Assembly: GCA_965217865.1 (NCBI GenBank) | Contig: CBDCJO010000002.1 | Coordinates: forward strand, 3,776,001-3,840,000 | Reading direction: 5' to 3' | Source of the DNA: Candidatus Latescibacterota bacterium | GTDB taxonomy: Bacteria; Latescibacterota; UBA2968; SICM01 | DNA length: 64,000 nt | Part shown: positions 39,076 to 50,230 of the stretch, in pieces | How the letters are laid out: each line of letters begins with the position of its first letter | Position numbering within the stretch: the first letter of the stretch is position 1 | Position numbers and translations under genes: made by a program | Notes under the pieces: generated by a model | Seen by the model: only the letters and a program-made list of their open reading frames with translations | Databases searched by the model: none | What the model was told of the DNA's origin: nothing

Positions 39076-40141
39076 GAACTACCTCACAGTCGCTATAAGG
39101 AATCTTCTCAGGCACAAAGTCCGTTCTTTCATTAGCATCTCAGGCTTGGCTGCCAAAGTCCTTACAGATGAAGTCGTAGAGATACCATTTGTCTCAGGAT
39201 CCATACTCAAAATCGAAGCTGTGAATGGCCAAATTTCAGTGCGACAGAAAGATGGCGAAAGCGTAAGGGTAACGGCAAAGATCCGGGCAAGCGCGAACGA
39301 ACGTCTCGATTTACTCGATATTGAGGTTAAATACGACGAGGAAAACTCACTCATTGTTGGCGCCAGGTGGCCCGACAGGATGGACGACGAGGGTGTAGGG
39401 TTCGAAATCGAGATCCCCGCCGTTTCTGGGATCGAGGCGCGTACCCAAAACGGTGGAATCAAGGTAACCGGGCTCTCTGGAAGCGCCAAATTGAGGTCGA
39501 CGAATGGGCCCATCAAGATTCTCAACCACAACGGCCCAGTTACCGCGGAGACATCAAACGACAATGTCGTTGTAGCTCACGTTACTGGCGACCTTCTGGC
39601 CAAGACAACCAATGATCGCATCGCGATTTCAGATTATCAGGGAACTGTTTTTGCCCAAACGTCCAGTGGCCCAATTTCGCTGGCCAGATCCAAAGGTGCC
39701 GCCGAGCTCAGAACTACCGATGATCGAATTGAGATCAAGAATCATCATGGATCTGTTATTGCCCTAACTTCGAACGACAAGGTAATAATTTCCGATGTCA
39801 CTGGGGCCGTCAAAGCTAGAACCACGAATGACAATATCGAGATTTCGACCGCCCACAATTCTGTAGATGCAGAAACCTCAAACAGCCGGATTTCCATTTC
39901 CCTAAGCGATAACGCACCTGGTCCTGTAAAAGCCCGGACACGGAACGGAATCGTCTTTTTGTCTGTCGGTAGGGACTTTGTGGGGGAGTTGAGGTTGGAC
40001 GCAGGGGACGAGGTAGTATTTGAGAATGTGCCCGCAAGCATGGGCATCGATCGAACAAATGCCGGAGTAGTCTTAAACTTCGGCAACGGCGCTGAATCAA
40101 GTGTCGTAACGAACGAAAACATCTATTTCAAGATCGAATAG
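39068..40141 (+). CDS. DUF4097/adhesin-like beta-repeat protein with a permease-derived N-terminus
   Basis: Repeats of (A.T.NG.I.V). The first ~28 aa (MFKNYLTVAIRNLLRHKVRSFISISGLA) match permease N-termini. Confidence 0.8.
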   Translation: MFKNYLTVAIRNLLRHKVRSFISISGLAAKVLTDEVVEIPFVSGSILKIEAVNGQISVRQKDGESVRVTAKIRASANERLDLLDIEVKYDEENSLIVGARWPDRMDDEGVGFEIEIPAVSGIEARTQNGGIKVTGLSGSAKLRSTNGPIKILNHNGPVTAETSNDNVVVAHVTGDLLAKTTNDRIAISDYQGTVFAQTSSGPISLARSKGAAELRTTDDRIEIKNHHGSVIALTSNDKVIISDVTGAVKARTTNDNIEISTAHNSVDAETSNSRISISLSDNAPGPVKARTRNGIVFLSVGRDFVGELRLDAGDEVVFENVPASMGIDRTNAGVVLNFGNGAESSVVTNENIYFKIE

Positions 40142-40156
40142 TAAAGGAGCGGGCCG

Positions 40157-42530
40157 GTGTTTAAGAACTACCTCACAGTTGCTATACGGAATCTGATCAG
40201 GCACAGGGTATATTCAGTGATTAATATCTCTGGATTGGCCGTGGGCATGGCTTGCTGTATCCTGATTCTCCTGCTCATCCAGGATGAGTTAAGCTATGAT
40301 CGGTTTCACGATAATGCAGACCGGATACACAGAGTGATTAGGGTAAACCAAAGGGCGGGCCAGGTTCAACAAAGTGCGTTGACACCTGCGATACTTGCCC
40401 CCATGCTGAAGCAGTATTTCCCACAACTTGCCCAAGTCGTCCGATTTATGAAAGAAAAAAAAGAGTTGGTTGAATATGGAGCGAAGAGGTTTTACGAAGA
40501 TCGGTTTTTCTATGCAGACCCGGAAGTATTTGAGGTCTTTTCATTTCCGCTTCTCCGGGGTGATCCAGAAAGGGCCCTGGTGGATCCCTACACGGTTTTG
40601 ATAACCGATGCGACTGCGAGGAAATACTTTGGGGACGATGACCCAATAGGGAAGACGCTCAAGCTTAACAACAGATCCGACTATCGGGTGACAGGCATTC
40701 TTAGAAATCTCCCTCACAACTCGCACCTGAAATTCGATTTTCTAGCCTCATCGCAGGGCTTGAAGGGCCAGCAAGTGGAAGCATGGTATATGCATGGCTC
40801 GTATACGTACGCACTTCTGCCGGAACAAGCGTCTGCAAACGAGTTTCAGCGTCGCTTTCCTGATTTTGTTAAACAGCATGTCGGCCCGAGATCCGGACAG
40901 CCCAGCTTCATCCTGCAGCCTTTGCGGGATGTCTATCTGCATTCCGATCTTATCGGTGAGAGTGGTCCGAGGGGGAACATCCAGCAACTCTATATTTTTG
41001 CGGCTGTCTCCTTCTAATCCTCCTCATCGCGTGTACCAACTTCGTCAATCTCTCAACAGCCCTATCTGCCCACCGGGCCCTCGAAGTGGGGACCCGCAAG
41101 GTGCTCGGTGCATTACGAACCCAGCTAATCCTGCAGTTTCTAGGGGAGTCCGTTCTGATGAGCATGGTTGCGCTCGCGCTGGCTGCATGTTTGGTTGAGC
41201 TCCTTCTGCCGGGATTTAACACAGTTTTTGGGAAGGAATTGTCAACGAGCTATTTAGATGCCGGGTGGGTTTCAAGCGCGTATGCTCTGGTGGCTGTGTC
41301 TGTGGGGTCCTTTCCGGTGGTTACACAGCGTTCGTTCTGTCTTCGTTTAGACCCGCCGCAGTGTTGAGAGGGACGCTGAAATCAATCCATATGAGTTCCT
41401 GGTTGCGAAAGGGGCTGGTGGTGTTTCAGTTCGGAATTTCAATCGTTCTCCTCATCTGTACGGCAGTGATCTACTCCCAATTGGAATACATCCGGAACAA
41501 AAACTTGGGGTTTAACAGGGAACGGGTAGTCGTGATTTCCGATGCCAGGGGCTTGAGCAGGCACTATGAATCCTTTAGAAACGAGCTACTGGCCCATCCT
41601 GATATTCTAATGGTAACATCGGGTCAAACACCCGGAGGTCTTGGAGGGTCCCGGATTGACTTAGTTATAGATGAAGATGGTCTCGAACAAAGTTATTACC
41701 GATTCCAAGTGGATTTCGACTACCTCGAAGCACTCGGTATGAACCTTCTATGGGGCCGGGATTTCTCCAGGGATTTCTCAACCGATTCATCCGCTGTGAT
41801 TGTCAACGAGGCCTACGCCGGATTAGAGGGCTGGGATAGTCGGACATTCGAGGAAAACAACGATAAGATCATGCTAGTGCGGGACTATACAGGACAGCAA
41901 CGCAGGGTCGTCGGTGTGGTCGAGAACTTCCACCATCTTTCTCTATATCAGGGGATCGAGCCGGTGTCCCTTTCTCTTAATCCAGGACTAAACGTCCGCA
42001 CGGTTTTAGTCCGAATGGGTCCGGAAAACATATCGGAGGCTCTTGACTTCATGAAGGAGAGGTGGAAGGCGCTTGTTCCACATCGGCCAATCGTCTATTC
42101 TTTTCTGGATGAGAGCCTGGATCTGCAGTACCGCAAGGAGCAGAAGTTGGGTGAGGTTTTCACGGCTTTCTCAATGCTGACTGTTTTTGTGGCCTGCATG
42201 GGCTTGTTCGGTCTGGCGTCTTTCACAGCCGAACAGCGGACCAAGGAGATCGGGGTACGGAAAGTGCTGGGCGCCTCCGCATCCAGTGTGGTCAAGCTGC
42301 TCTCGAAAGAGTTCACAAAACTTGTCATTGTGGCCAATTTGGTCGCCTGGCCGGTGGCCTATTACGCGATGGATACGTGGCTGAAGGATTTCGCATACCG
42401 GATTGAGCTCAACGGTGGGATGTTTGTTCTCGGGGGGATTCTCGCTCTGTTGATCGCTCTTGCGACGGTGGCCTATCAAGCTGTGAAGGCAGCGTTTACA
42501 AATCCTGTGGATGCGCTGCGGTATGAGTGA
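40157..42530 (+). pseudogene. MacB/FtsX-like permease with two frameshifts (near 41010 and 41310; may be sequencing errors)
   Basis: Three overlapping ORFs together give one full permease ending NPVDALRYE. Confidence 0.85.
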
Positions 42531-42900
42531 GCATCGCAAATACTTGCAAAACCAGGTCCTGATCAGTAATCGACTTGTTTCCGGGAGGGCCCGCGGCCTC
42601 GCGGGCCGTAATCGATTAACCGGCGTCGATAACGCCTCTCCCTAACCAAACCCGTTCGCCATTTAAATTAATTCAATTCACCTTGAAAACCGTCAAGCCC
42701 TTGACCACATGTGTTTCTGGACATCCCTGACTTTTAAGATACGGGGATGTTATCGGCCGCCAGGGCCGGCGTCCTTCCCATCTAATCCCGTCATCTTTTC
42801 ATATCACCAATTCAATTGATATCCTTCGCAGGCCAGCGCATTAAATGAAAGGCTAATTCTTTTACAAATCCACTAGAGTACTTGAAATAGGAGACAGGAT

Positions 42901-43578
42901 ATGATCCGGCTGGAAGAGATCGAAAAATACTACTCGTCCGGTTTCGTAAAGACTTTTGTCCTGAGGGGGATTGACCTCGAAATCGAAGGGGGAGAGTTTG
43001 TCTCGATTATGGGTCCCTCTGGGGCGGGCAAGTCAACTCTGCTCCATATTCTGGGAATGATAGATACCCCCTCAAAAGGGGAATATCATTTTCACGACCA
43101 GCCCGTCCACAAGATGAAAGAGAGGCAAAGAACGGATTTCCACAAGCATCACATTGGATTTGTATTCCAGGCTTATCACCTGATTGACGAGATGACTGTC
43201 TACGAAAATATAGAGTTGCCCCTGCTGTACAAAGGGGTAAAGGGATCGGAGCGTAAGGGTTTGGTTTCAGAAATGCTGGATCGATTCAACATCGTTGCGA
43301 AGAAGAAACTCTTCCCCAACCAGCTTTCCGGTGGCCAGCAACAGCTTGTTGCAGTAGCGCGAGCCTTGGTTGCAAGCCCAAAGCTGATCCTGGCGGATGA
43401 ACCGACGGGCAACCTGAATTCTTCTCAAGGGGAAGAGATCATGGAACTGTTCGTCAGGTTGAACCAGGAGGGGACGACGATTATCCAGGCCACACATTCG
43501 GAGAAGAACGTCTCATATGGGCGCCGGACGATTCACCTTTTGGATGGTTGGGTCGAAAAAGATGAAGCCGCTGCCTAA
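42901..43578 (+). CDS. ABC transporter ATP-binding protein
   Basis: [24 protein letters not shown]. Confidence 0.95.
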   Translation: MIRLEEIEKYYSSGFVKTFVLRGIDLEIEGGEFVSIMGPSGAGKSTLLHILGMIDTPSKGEYHFHDQPVHKMKERQRTDFHKHHIGFVFQAYHLIDEMTVYENIELPLLYKGVKGSERKGLVSEMLDRFNIVAKKKLFPNQLSGGQQQLVAVARALVASPKLILADEPTGNLNSSQGEEIMELFVRLNQEGTTIIQATHSEKNVSYGRRTIHLLDGWVEKDEAAA

Positions 43579-43620
43579 AGGAGCTTTATGGATTAAGTGT
43601 TCCTGGTTCCGGGAGGTGAT

Positions 43621-45657
43621 ATGTTCCAGAACTTCCTGACTATAGCTGTCAGAAATTTACTCAGACAAAAGGTGTATTCTTTTATCAATATTTTCGGATT
43701 GGCGGTTGGTCTAGCGTCCAGTGTCCTCATTCTCCTGTTTGTGAAAGATGAGCTTAGTTATGATCGCTATCATGAAAATGCTGACCGGATTTACCGTGTT
43801 GGCCTCGAGTGGCAATTCCCAAACAATGAACCCATCCAATATATTCCGCGGACATCAGGGCTTCTCGCCTCAACCCTTTTAAATGAATTTCCGGATATTG
43901 AGGAGGCGGTTCGCTTTCTGTCTCTTGACGATTATGGCCGGATATATATCGAACGCGGGAATGTTCGGTTTTACGAAGACGGGGGATACGCTGCGGGTGG
44001 ATCGGTTTTCAAGATATTTTCCTTTCCGCTCCTCAAAGGAGATCCTGAAACGGCCCTTGCAGAACCCTTATCGATTGTGCTTACGGAGCCCCTTGCTCGC
44101 AGGTACTTCGGAAGCAGGAATCCGATCGGTGAATTTCTTACCGTACAAGACTCATTGCATCTCAAAGTCACGGGTCTGCTCTATCCTATCCCATCTAATT
44201 CTCACTTTTCTTTTGACTTCCTCATCTCCCTTGAGACCCTCCCAAGCCTGTTCCCGAAGGTAAAGCAAGATCAATGGCTTTATCTCGTGGGGTATACTTA
44301 TATATTGCTGGGCGAATCTGCATCTGAATCTACCATAAGACAAGAGATTTATGACGTAACCGGGAAATACAACAGGGAGTGGGAAAGCCAGACGGGACAT
44401 AAATTTAAGCATTTTCTCCAACCTTTAACCGATATCTACCTGCATTCTAATCTGTCCTATGAAGTGGGTCCCCTCAGCAGTGTGGTTAGTGTTTATATGT
44501 TTTTTACCATTGCCGTTCTCATCATATTGATTGCGTGCGTTAACTTCATGAATTTGGCGACAGCCAGATCTGCAAACCGTGTTAAAGAGGTGGGAACTCG
44601 AAAAGTTTTAGGCGCATTTCGCAGACAGCTCATTTATCAGTTTTTAGGGGAAGCAGTTTTTATCACTGTTGTTGCTTTGCTTTTAGCCGTTTTTCTGATC
44701 GAACTTGCATTGCCCACTTTTAATGAATTGGCTGAGAAAAAACTGAACTTAAACCTCTTCCACGATAGATCTATTTCTATAGGTCTGATCGTTATCACAC
44801 TCTTTGTGGGTTTAATTTCCGGAAGTTATCCGGCGTTTGCACTTTCACGCTTTAAACCTGTTGAGGTGTTGAAAGCTTCCTCACATCCCCGGTCGAAAGG
44901 AGCATGGATACGACAAGGATTGGTCATTTTTCAGTTTGTCATCTCGATTGTGTTGATCATCAGTACTGCCGTTGTCTACGACCAACTTGAGTATATGAGA
45001 AATCAACAACTTGGGTTCGATAAGGAGGAGTTGGTTATCGTCAAGTTCAAAGGAAATAGAATTATCAAGGCGCGATTAGAACCCATAAAAACAGAATTAC
45101 TGAAACAAGCAAATGTACTTAATGCTTCGGCTTGTTCCTACATCCCGGGGCGCTTATATGATGACATCAAACTCGAAATAGAAGGACCATCCGGCAAAGA
45201 ACCGAAAAGGTTACTTTATCAAACCAACGACCATGAATACATAGAGACATTTGGATTAAGTTTGGTTGCAGGCAGGGATTTTTCAAGGGAGATTCCCACT
45301 GACGAAACAGAAGCATTCATTCTGAACGAAACAGCCGTCAAATATTTGGGATGGGGAAAACCCGAGTCAGCGATTGGCAGACAAGCCAATATGGGCAGCG
45401 ATTTTAAAGAAGGGCATCTCATCGGGGTTGTGAAAGATTTTCATCATGCCTCTTTGCAACACGGCGTAGAGCCTTTTCTAATGCATATAAATCCACATTG
45501 GTTTTCATATCTTGCAATCAAGATCAACGCGGAAGATATACCCGGGACTCTTGCAGCGTTAGAGAATATTTGGCAGCAACTTGTTCCCGATCGGCCATTC
45601 GATTATTTCTTTTTGGATGAAGATTATGAACGGCAATACCGTTCTGAGGTACGGCTA
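43621..45657 (+). pseudogene. MacB/FtsX-like permease truncated by IS copy 3
   Basis: Family motifs run to ...QYRSEVRL at the IS. The final TM block is not found in the window. Confidence 0.88.
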
Positions 45658-47185
45658 GCAGCCTGTTGAAAAAGTGCGTTTATGCCAAGATGACTGTTGT
45701 CTTTCCTTGTGGTTTGGTCCTATGATATATCAGGTTCAAACTGAGAAGGGAGGACGAGCAAATGGCAATGGGAAAACGAGGACGACAGAGACAGGAAAAC
45801 CTGTTCATCGCATCGAACACTTTGGTGAAATCTCCGGGTCATCCGTTCTACGAGAAGCTGAATCAGGTATTGGGGGCGAACGGCTTCGACGAGTTCGTCG
45901 AGGGGCTTTGCCAGCGGTATTACGCTCCTCATATGGGTCGCAAGGGCATTCCGCCCGGGGTTTATTTTCGGATGCTTTTGATTGGGTATTTCGAGGGACT
46001 TGATTCGGAACGTGGGATCGAATGGCGTGTATCTGACTCGCTGACGTTGCGCCGGTTTTTGGGGTATGCCCTTGACGAACAGACCCCGGATCATTCCAGC
46101 CTGTCTCGCATCCGGCATCGGCTTCCCTTGGAAGTTCACGAAGCGGTTTTCAAGTGGATCCTGAGGGTCTTGTGCAAAGCGGGTCTGGTGAAGGGGAAGA
46201 CGTTGGGCGTGGATGCTACGACACTGGAGGCCAACGCCGCGATGCGCAGCATTGTACGCCGTGACACGGGTGAAGGCTACCAGGCATTCCTTGAGAATCT
46301 GGCCAAGGCCTCGGGCATTGAAACGCCTACCCGCGAGGACTTGTCCAAGATCGATAAGAAGCGACCGAAGAAGGGATCGAACCAGGACTGGGAGCACCCG
46401 CACGACCCGGATGCCAAGATCGCTAAGATGAAGGACGGTCGCACGCACATGGCGCACAAGGTGGAGCACGCGGTGGATCTGGACACCAATGCCATTGTGG
46501 CAGTGGCGTTGTCGGGAGCAGATGAAGGAGATACCGAGTCGTTGCCCTGGACGCTGCTCGAGGCGCAGCTCAATCTCAAGCAGGTCGCGAAGGACGAAAA
46601 AGCTGCCAAACGTTTGCACAGACAGCGTATACGGGAGGTGGTTGCGGACAAAGGATATCATAGCAACGATGTATTGACCAGTCTGAAGCAAGGCGGCATC
46701 CGGAGTTACATTTCAGAACCGGATCGGGGACGCCGCAAGTGGAACGGCCGACGAGATGAGCAGGCCGCGGTATATGCGAATCGACGCCGGATCAAGGGAG
46801 ATCGCGGCAAGGCCTTGCGCCGAAGTCGTGCAGAACGGGTGGAAAGAACCATCGCTCACACATATGATACCGGTGGCATGCGCAGGTTGCACTTGAGAGA
46901 CCGCGGCAATATCCTCAAGCGTTTGCTGATCCACATCGGGGGCTGCAACCTGGCTCTGCTCATGCGCAAAGTGATGGGCGTAGGTACTCCGAAGGCCCTC
47001 CAGGACCTGGCCAAGGCCTTGCAGCGTCTACTGCTCGTCCTACAATCACGTTTGCTGCCCTCGGTCACCTTTTTAACCTCTTATCAGCGTCTCCTGCTCA
47101 ATCTCCTTACCTTGATTTATCTGACCCGCACTCCAGGCGTCTTTTCCGTTTATGTGCGTTGAAAGGTAGTTCTTCAACGGGCTGC
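45658..47185 (+). mobile_element. IS5/IS1182-like insertion sequence, copy 3 (1,528 bp)
   Basis: Same TIRs, TA/CTAG flanks. Confidence 0.93.
45762..47162 (+). CDS. DDE transposase
   Basis: Protein identical to 22765-24165. Confidence 0.93.
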   Translation: MAMGKRGRQRQENLFIASNTLVKSPGHPFYEKLNQVLGANGFDEFVEGLCQRYYAPHMGRKGIPPGVYFRMLLIGYFEGLDSERGIEWRVSDSLTLRRFLGYALDEQTPDHSSLSRIRHRLPLEVHEAVFKWILRVLCKAGLVKGKTLGVDATTLEANAAMRSIVRRDTGEGYQAFLENLAKASGIETPTREDLSKIDKKRPKKGSNQDWEHPHDPDAKIAKMKDGRTHMAHKVEHAVDLDTNAIVAVALSGADEGDTESLPWTLLEAQLNLKQVAKDEKAAKRLHRQRIREVVADKGYHSNDVLTSLKQGGIRSYISEPDRGRRKWNGRRDEQAAVYANRRRIKGDRGKALRRSRAERVERTIAHTYDTGGMRRLHLRDRGNILKRLLIHIGGCNLALLMRKVMGVGTPKALQDLAKALQRLLLVLQSRLLPSVTFLTSYQRLLLNLLTLIYLTRTPGVFSVYVR

Positions 47186-47402
47186 TAGGGTTGACATCGA
47201 GGATTTCATCCCGCGTTGGGTCAACGATGAATATCGCATCGTTGGAGTGATCGAAAATCTTGTGGAACCGCTCCTCGCTTTCCCGCAGCGCATCCTCCAC
47301 CCGCTTGTGCTCAGCTTCTAATGCTTCCAATTCAGCAATCCGTCGGCGCAGCAGTGTCAATTCGTCAATCTGCTGCTCTTCGGCTTTGTGTTGGTCTTTC
47401 AT
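47186..47402 (-). pseudogene. PAS-domain signalling protein N-terminus truncated by IS
   Basis: Coiled coil + ALRESEERFHKIFDHSNDAIFIVD...DVNP, then IS sequence. Confidence 0.8.
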
Positions 47403-47455
47403 CTCTCAGCCTTAGTGCGAAAACGCGAATCGCAAGTCGGTTCTAAGAACCTCGT

Positions 47456-48054
47456 CTAAGTCCTGGTACCCTTGTAGAGGTATGCGACCACGATGCCAAA
47501 GATCAGATGGTTGATCAGGCTGACCAAGGCACCGTATGGGCTGCTACCGCCACCTTGAGGACTGCAGGATTGCAAGGGTTGCAGGGATTACACGGATTGC
47601 AAGGGTTGACAGCGCCTCCGCCCATCATGGAGCCCAGCACAGGCAAAAACGCCAAGGCCAATGCGGTAATCGCGAGGCCAAATACTGCACCCTTCATAAG
47701 TGTGTTCCATCCTTTGACGGGTGCAACGAGCGCCGCATAGACGATACCATAAAAAATGCCCACTGCTAAGTGGATGAGTCCTCCTAGTACCAACCTGCGG
47801 AAATTCGCGTAATCTATTTGCGTAGCAAAAACAGGATGTTAAGTGCGGATTTGCACGCAGAAACTTGCGCAGCTAAGTACTAGTATGTATTGTGCCGTCG
47901 TGCTTTCGCCTGCACCGAGCATCATTCCGCCCAGGCTCATCATGATGTTCGTGCCTGAAAGCCACAGCGTTATCGTTATGACAACCGTGGCCACCAATCC
48001 TGCAACAATCGCGCTTCCCCAATTGACCCCACTCCCGTCAGTTGTTTCTGCCAT
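47456..48054 (-). pseudogene. Small 4-TM membrane protein with an (NPC)5 loop, interrupted by a MITE and one frameshift
   Basis: Removing the 96-bp insertion joins ...AQYIL-GGLIHLAVG. After the NPC repeats a frame change gives ...SLINHLIFGIVVAYLYK. Confidence 0.75.
47787..47880. mobile_element. MITE with IS630-like ends (94 bp, TA duplication)
   Basis: CTAGTACCAACCTGCGGAAATT ... AACTTGCGCAGCTAAGTACTAG imperfect TIRs. Precise removal restores the host ORF. Confidence 0.8.
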
Positions 48055-48084
48055 GATGCCTTCCTCCCTGTTTGAATACGACCA

Positions 48085-48192
48085 GGTTTATTAAAATTCC
48101 CAACCAGGGTGACCTACTTCGCCTCTGGAGCCGTCTAACTTGAAATACACGCGCTTCTTCGGCAGCCCCTGGCGAGTGTTCTTCCGTGGCAT
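48085..48192 (-). pseudogene. Degraded CBM48/glycogen-binding (early set) domain remnant
   Basis: After RBS GGAGGTG: KKRVYFKLD-APEAK*VTLVGNFN, with frameshifts and a stop. Confidence 0.45.
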
Positions 48193-48399
48193 TCTATCAC
48201 CTCCCCTGGCTTGATTGACATTGACAATAAAACAAATAAGTTTTATATAAAGAGATGTGTGAAGACAACGTAATGTTCTCTCACATCAATCTCAGGCCGT
48301 TAGCCTCTGCTTGCCAAAGTCGGTGGCTGACGGCTTTTTAATGGATAACAATACTCAACGGGGGCACTACCAAAAACCGCACGTACCGATAAATCTCAC

Positions 48400-48526
48400 C
48401 TTCGGCAGTGCGGCTATCTTGTGCAGATCGATTCCCTTCGTCTCCGGACCTTCCCGACCCCGGTCGATCAGACGAGGACCCGCTGCTTTGCGTCCCGGTC
48501 TTTCGACCGGTTTGCCATTTTCGAAT
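48400..48526 (-). promoter_or_regulatory. Cyclic di-GMP-I (GEMM) riboswitch with an enlarged P3
   Basis: UUCGAAAAUGGCAAACCGGUC-GAAA-GACCGG-GACGCAAAGC...GAUAGCCGCACUGCCGAA matches the GEMM-I hallmark motifs (GGCAAACC, GAAA tetraloop P2, GACGCAAAGC, UGCCG). Confidence 0.8.
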
Positions 48527-48816
48527 CAGTAAAGAGATATTCCAGACAACCTGGATCGTGAAAAATAAAACCCCTTCCTCTGGTTGTCAAGAACTTCCAA
48601 AAATGGTTGATCCAAATGGGCAGCCGGGGTGCTCTATTAGCCTGAAAGTGGCCCTCGATATGCGGACACACCCGACCCACCCCCCACTTCACTCGGACAC
48701 ACGGGATTTGGATTGCATTAATAAAAGGTGAAGACACCGTATCCCCGAGTGTATCAAGGGGTCGGGAACGCGGAAACCTTCTTCGTCAGGCCTGGAACTG
48801 GTTGGAACGATGTCAA

Positions 48817-50172
48817 TCACGGGGAACGTTGAAAGGGGTAAATTGATCCCAACTTAAGTATCCCGGTCAAGGCATCGAGCGCCGCGCGGCTTTCTTCCAG
48901 AAGGTGTGGATCGGACAGGTCGCTGGGGGCCAGCCGGTCGCGATAAAATCGGTCGATCCACCCCCTTAACTCCCGATAGAGGGAATCCGTGAGAAGAACC
49001 CCCTGATGCATGGCCGCGAGCTCTTCCTCCCTTAACACCACCCGAAGTCTCAGACACGCCGGACCCCCTCCGTTTTTCATGCTCTGACGGATATCCACAT
49101 ATTCGATTTCGTGGATCAGGGACTTTTCGACAAGATGCATAAGCAACTGCCTGGTCCGTGGATTCTCCTGACATTCCATCGGCGAGATCATGCAGGTGCT
49201 CCCGTCGGGCATGGTTACAATCTGACTGTTAAATAGATAAGTCGCAACGGCCTCATCCAGCGGGACCTGATCGGGTGAAACCGCGATCAGGATGGGCTCA
49301 TCTTGAGAACACGCCGAGTACTTGAGCTTAACCTCATCGACGACGGATTCGGGATTTGAAAAGGCCAGGGAATGGAAGAGGAGTAGATTTTCATTCCCGA
49401 CGGCGACCAGGTCGTTATGAAAGACGCCTGTGTCGATCGCGTCCGGATTTTGCAGCGCGAAAATAGTCTTGCCGGGGTCCAATCGGTGAAGCCGGGCGAC
49501 GGCCTCAGAGGCTTCAAGGGACTGGCGGGCGGGGAAGGTAGTAGGTTCCCTTGAATCTGGGGCAAAGACTTTTTTCCCATAGACAAACAGTTCAACTCCG
49601 GATTGGGCATGATTTCCGCTCAGGCGGATGTGATTGGCAGCACCCTCGTCGCAGAATACCGATCCACCGGGCAATGGCGGGTGATGGACAAAGAGGCTCT
49701 CGTCCGGGAAAATCGCTTTCAGGAGCCGGCCCGTGGTTGGGGGTTCGATTGAACGGTGAAATTGCGTCACAAGGTTGGCAGGCGTAAAGTGCACTCTTCC
49801 GTCCGCGGTATCCGCACCTGGAGAGACGGTGGCGGCATTGGCCATCCAGACGCTCGAGGCGCTGCAGCATGCCGCCAGAATCTCGGGGCTCTTTCGGCCG
49901 GCCTGTTCTAAAATAATTGCATCGGACCCCCGGAATCCCACTCGCCTCAGGGTCGCCAGATCCGGGCGCTCCTGAGGAGGAAACACCGCCTGTTTGACCC
50001 CCAAGTCACTCAAGAGCTTCATCTTCTGAAGGCCCTGTAGGGCAGCCCCTTTGGGATCGGAGATGCTCAGCCTGTGTTTCGAAGAGGCCAGATTGCCCCC
50101 GGAAAGGCCGCCATAGTTATGAGTCGGACCGATGAGACCGTCCAGGTTTAATTCGAAAGCTGTCTGGGCCAT
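48817..50172 (-). CDS. astB: N-succinylarginine dihydrolase
   Basis: ELNLDGLIGPTHNYGGLS.GN.AS, PPQERP, DEGAANH, GVFHND, SMKNGGGPACLRLRV. Confidence 0.95.
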   Translation of the reverse strand: MAQTAFELNLDGLIGPTHNYGGLSGGNLASSKHRLSISDPKGAALQGLQKMKLLSDLGVKQAVFPPQERPDLATLRRVGFRGSDAIILEQAGRKSPEILAACCSASSVWMANAATVSPGADTADGRVHFTPANLVTQFHRSIEPPTTGRLLKAIFPDESLFVHHPPLPGGSVFCDEGAANHIRLSGNHAQSGVELFVYGKKVFAPDSREPTTFPARQSLEASEAVARLHRLDPGKTIFALQNPDAIDTGVFHNDLVAVGNENLLLFHSLAFSNPESVVDEVKLKYSACSQDEPILIAVSPDQVPLDEAVATYLFNSQIVTMPDGSTCMISPMECQENPRTRQLLMHLVEKSLIHEIEYVDIRQSMKNGGGPACLRLRVVLREEELAAMHQGVLLTDSLYRELRGWIDRFYRDRLAPSDLSDPHLLEESRAALDALTGILKLGSIYPFQRSP

Positions 50173-50230
50173 CGGAACCTCTGGTGGGGGTTCGGGGCGT
50201 CAGGCGATGGAAGAAAACTTCAGGAACCAC

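Noticed and set aside
42540-42900. Possible attC or ncRNA in the intergenic region
   Set aside because: GC hairpins are present (GGCCCGCG...CGCGGGCC) but there are no properly paired R''/R' boxes or recognisable RNA motif.
48311-48737. Short ORFs between the NPC gene and astB
   Set aside because: They overlap the riboswitch and show no protein motifs.
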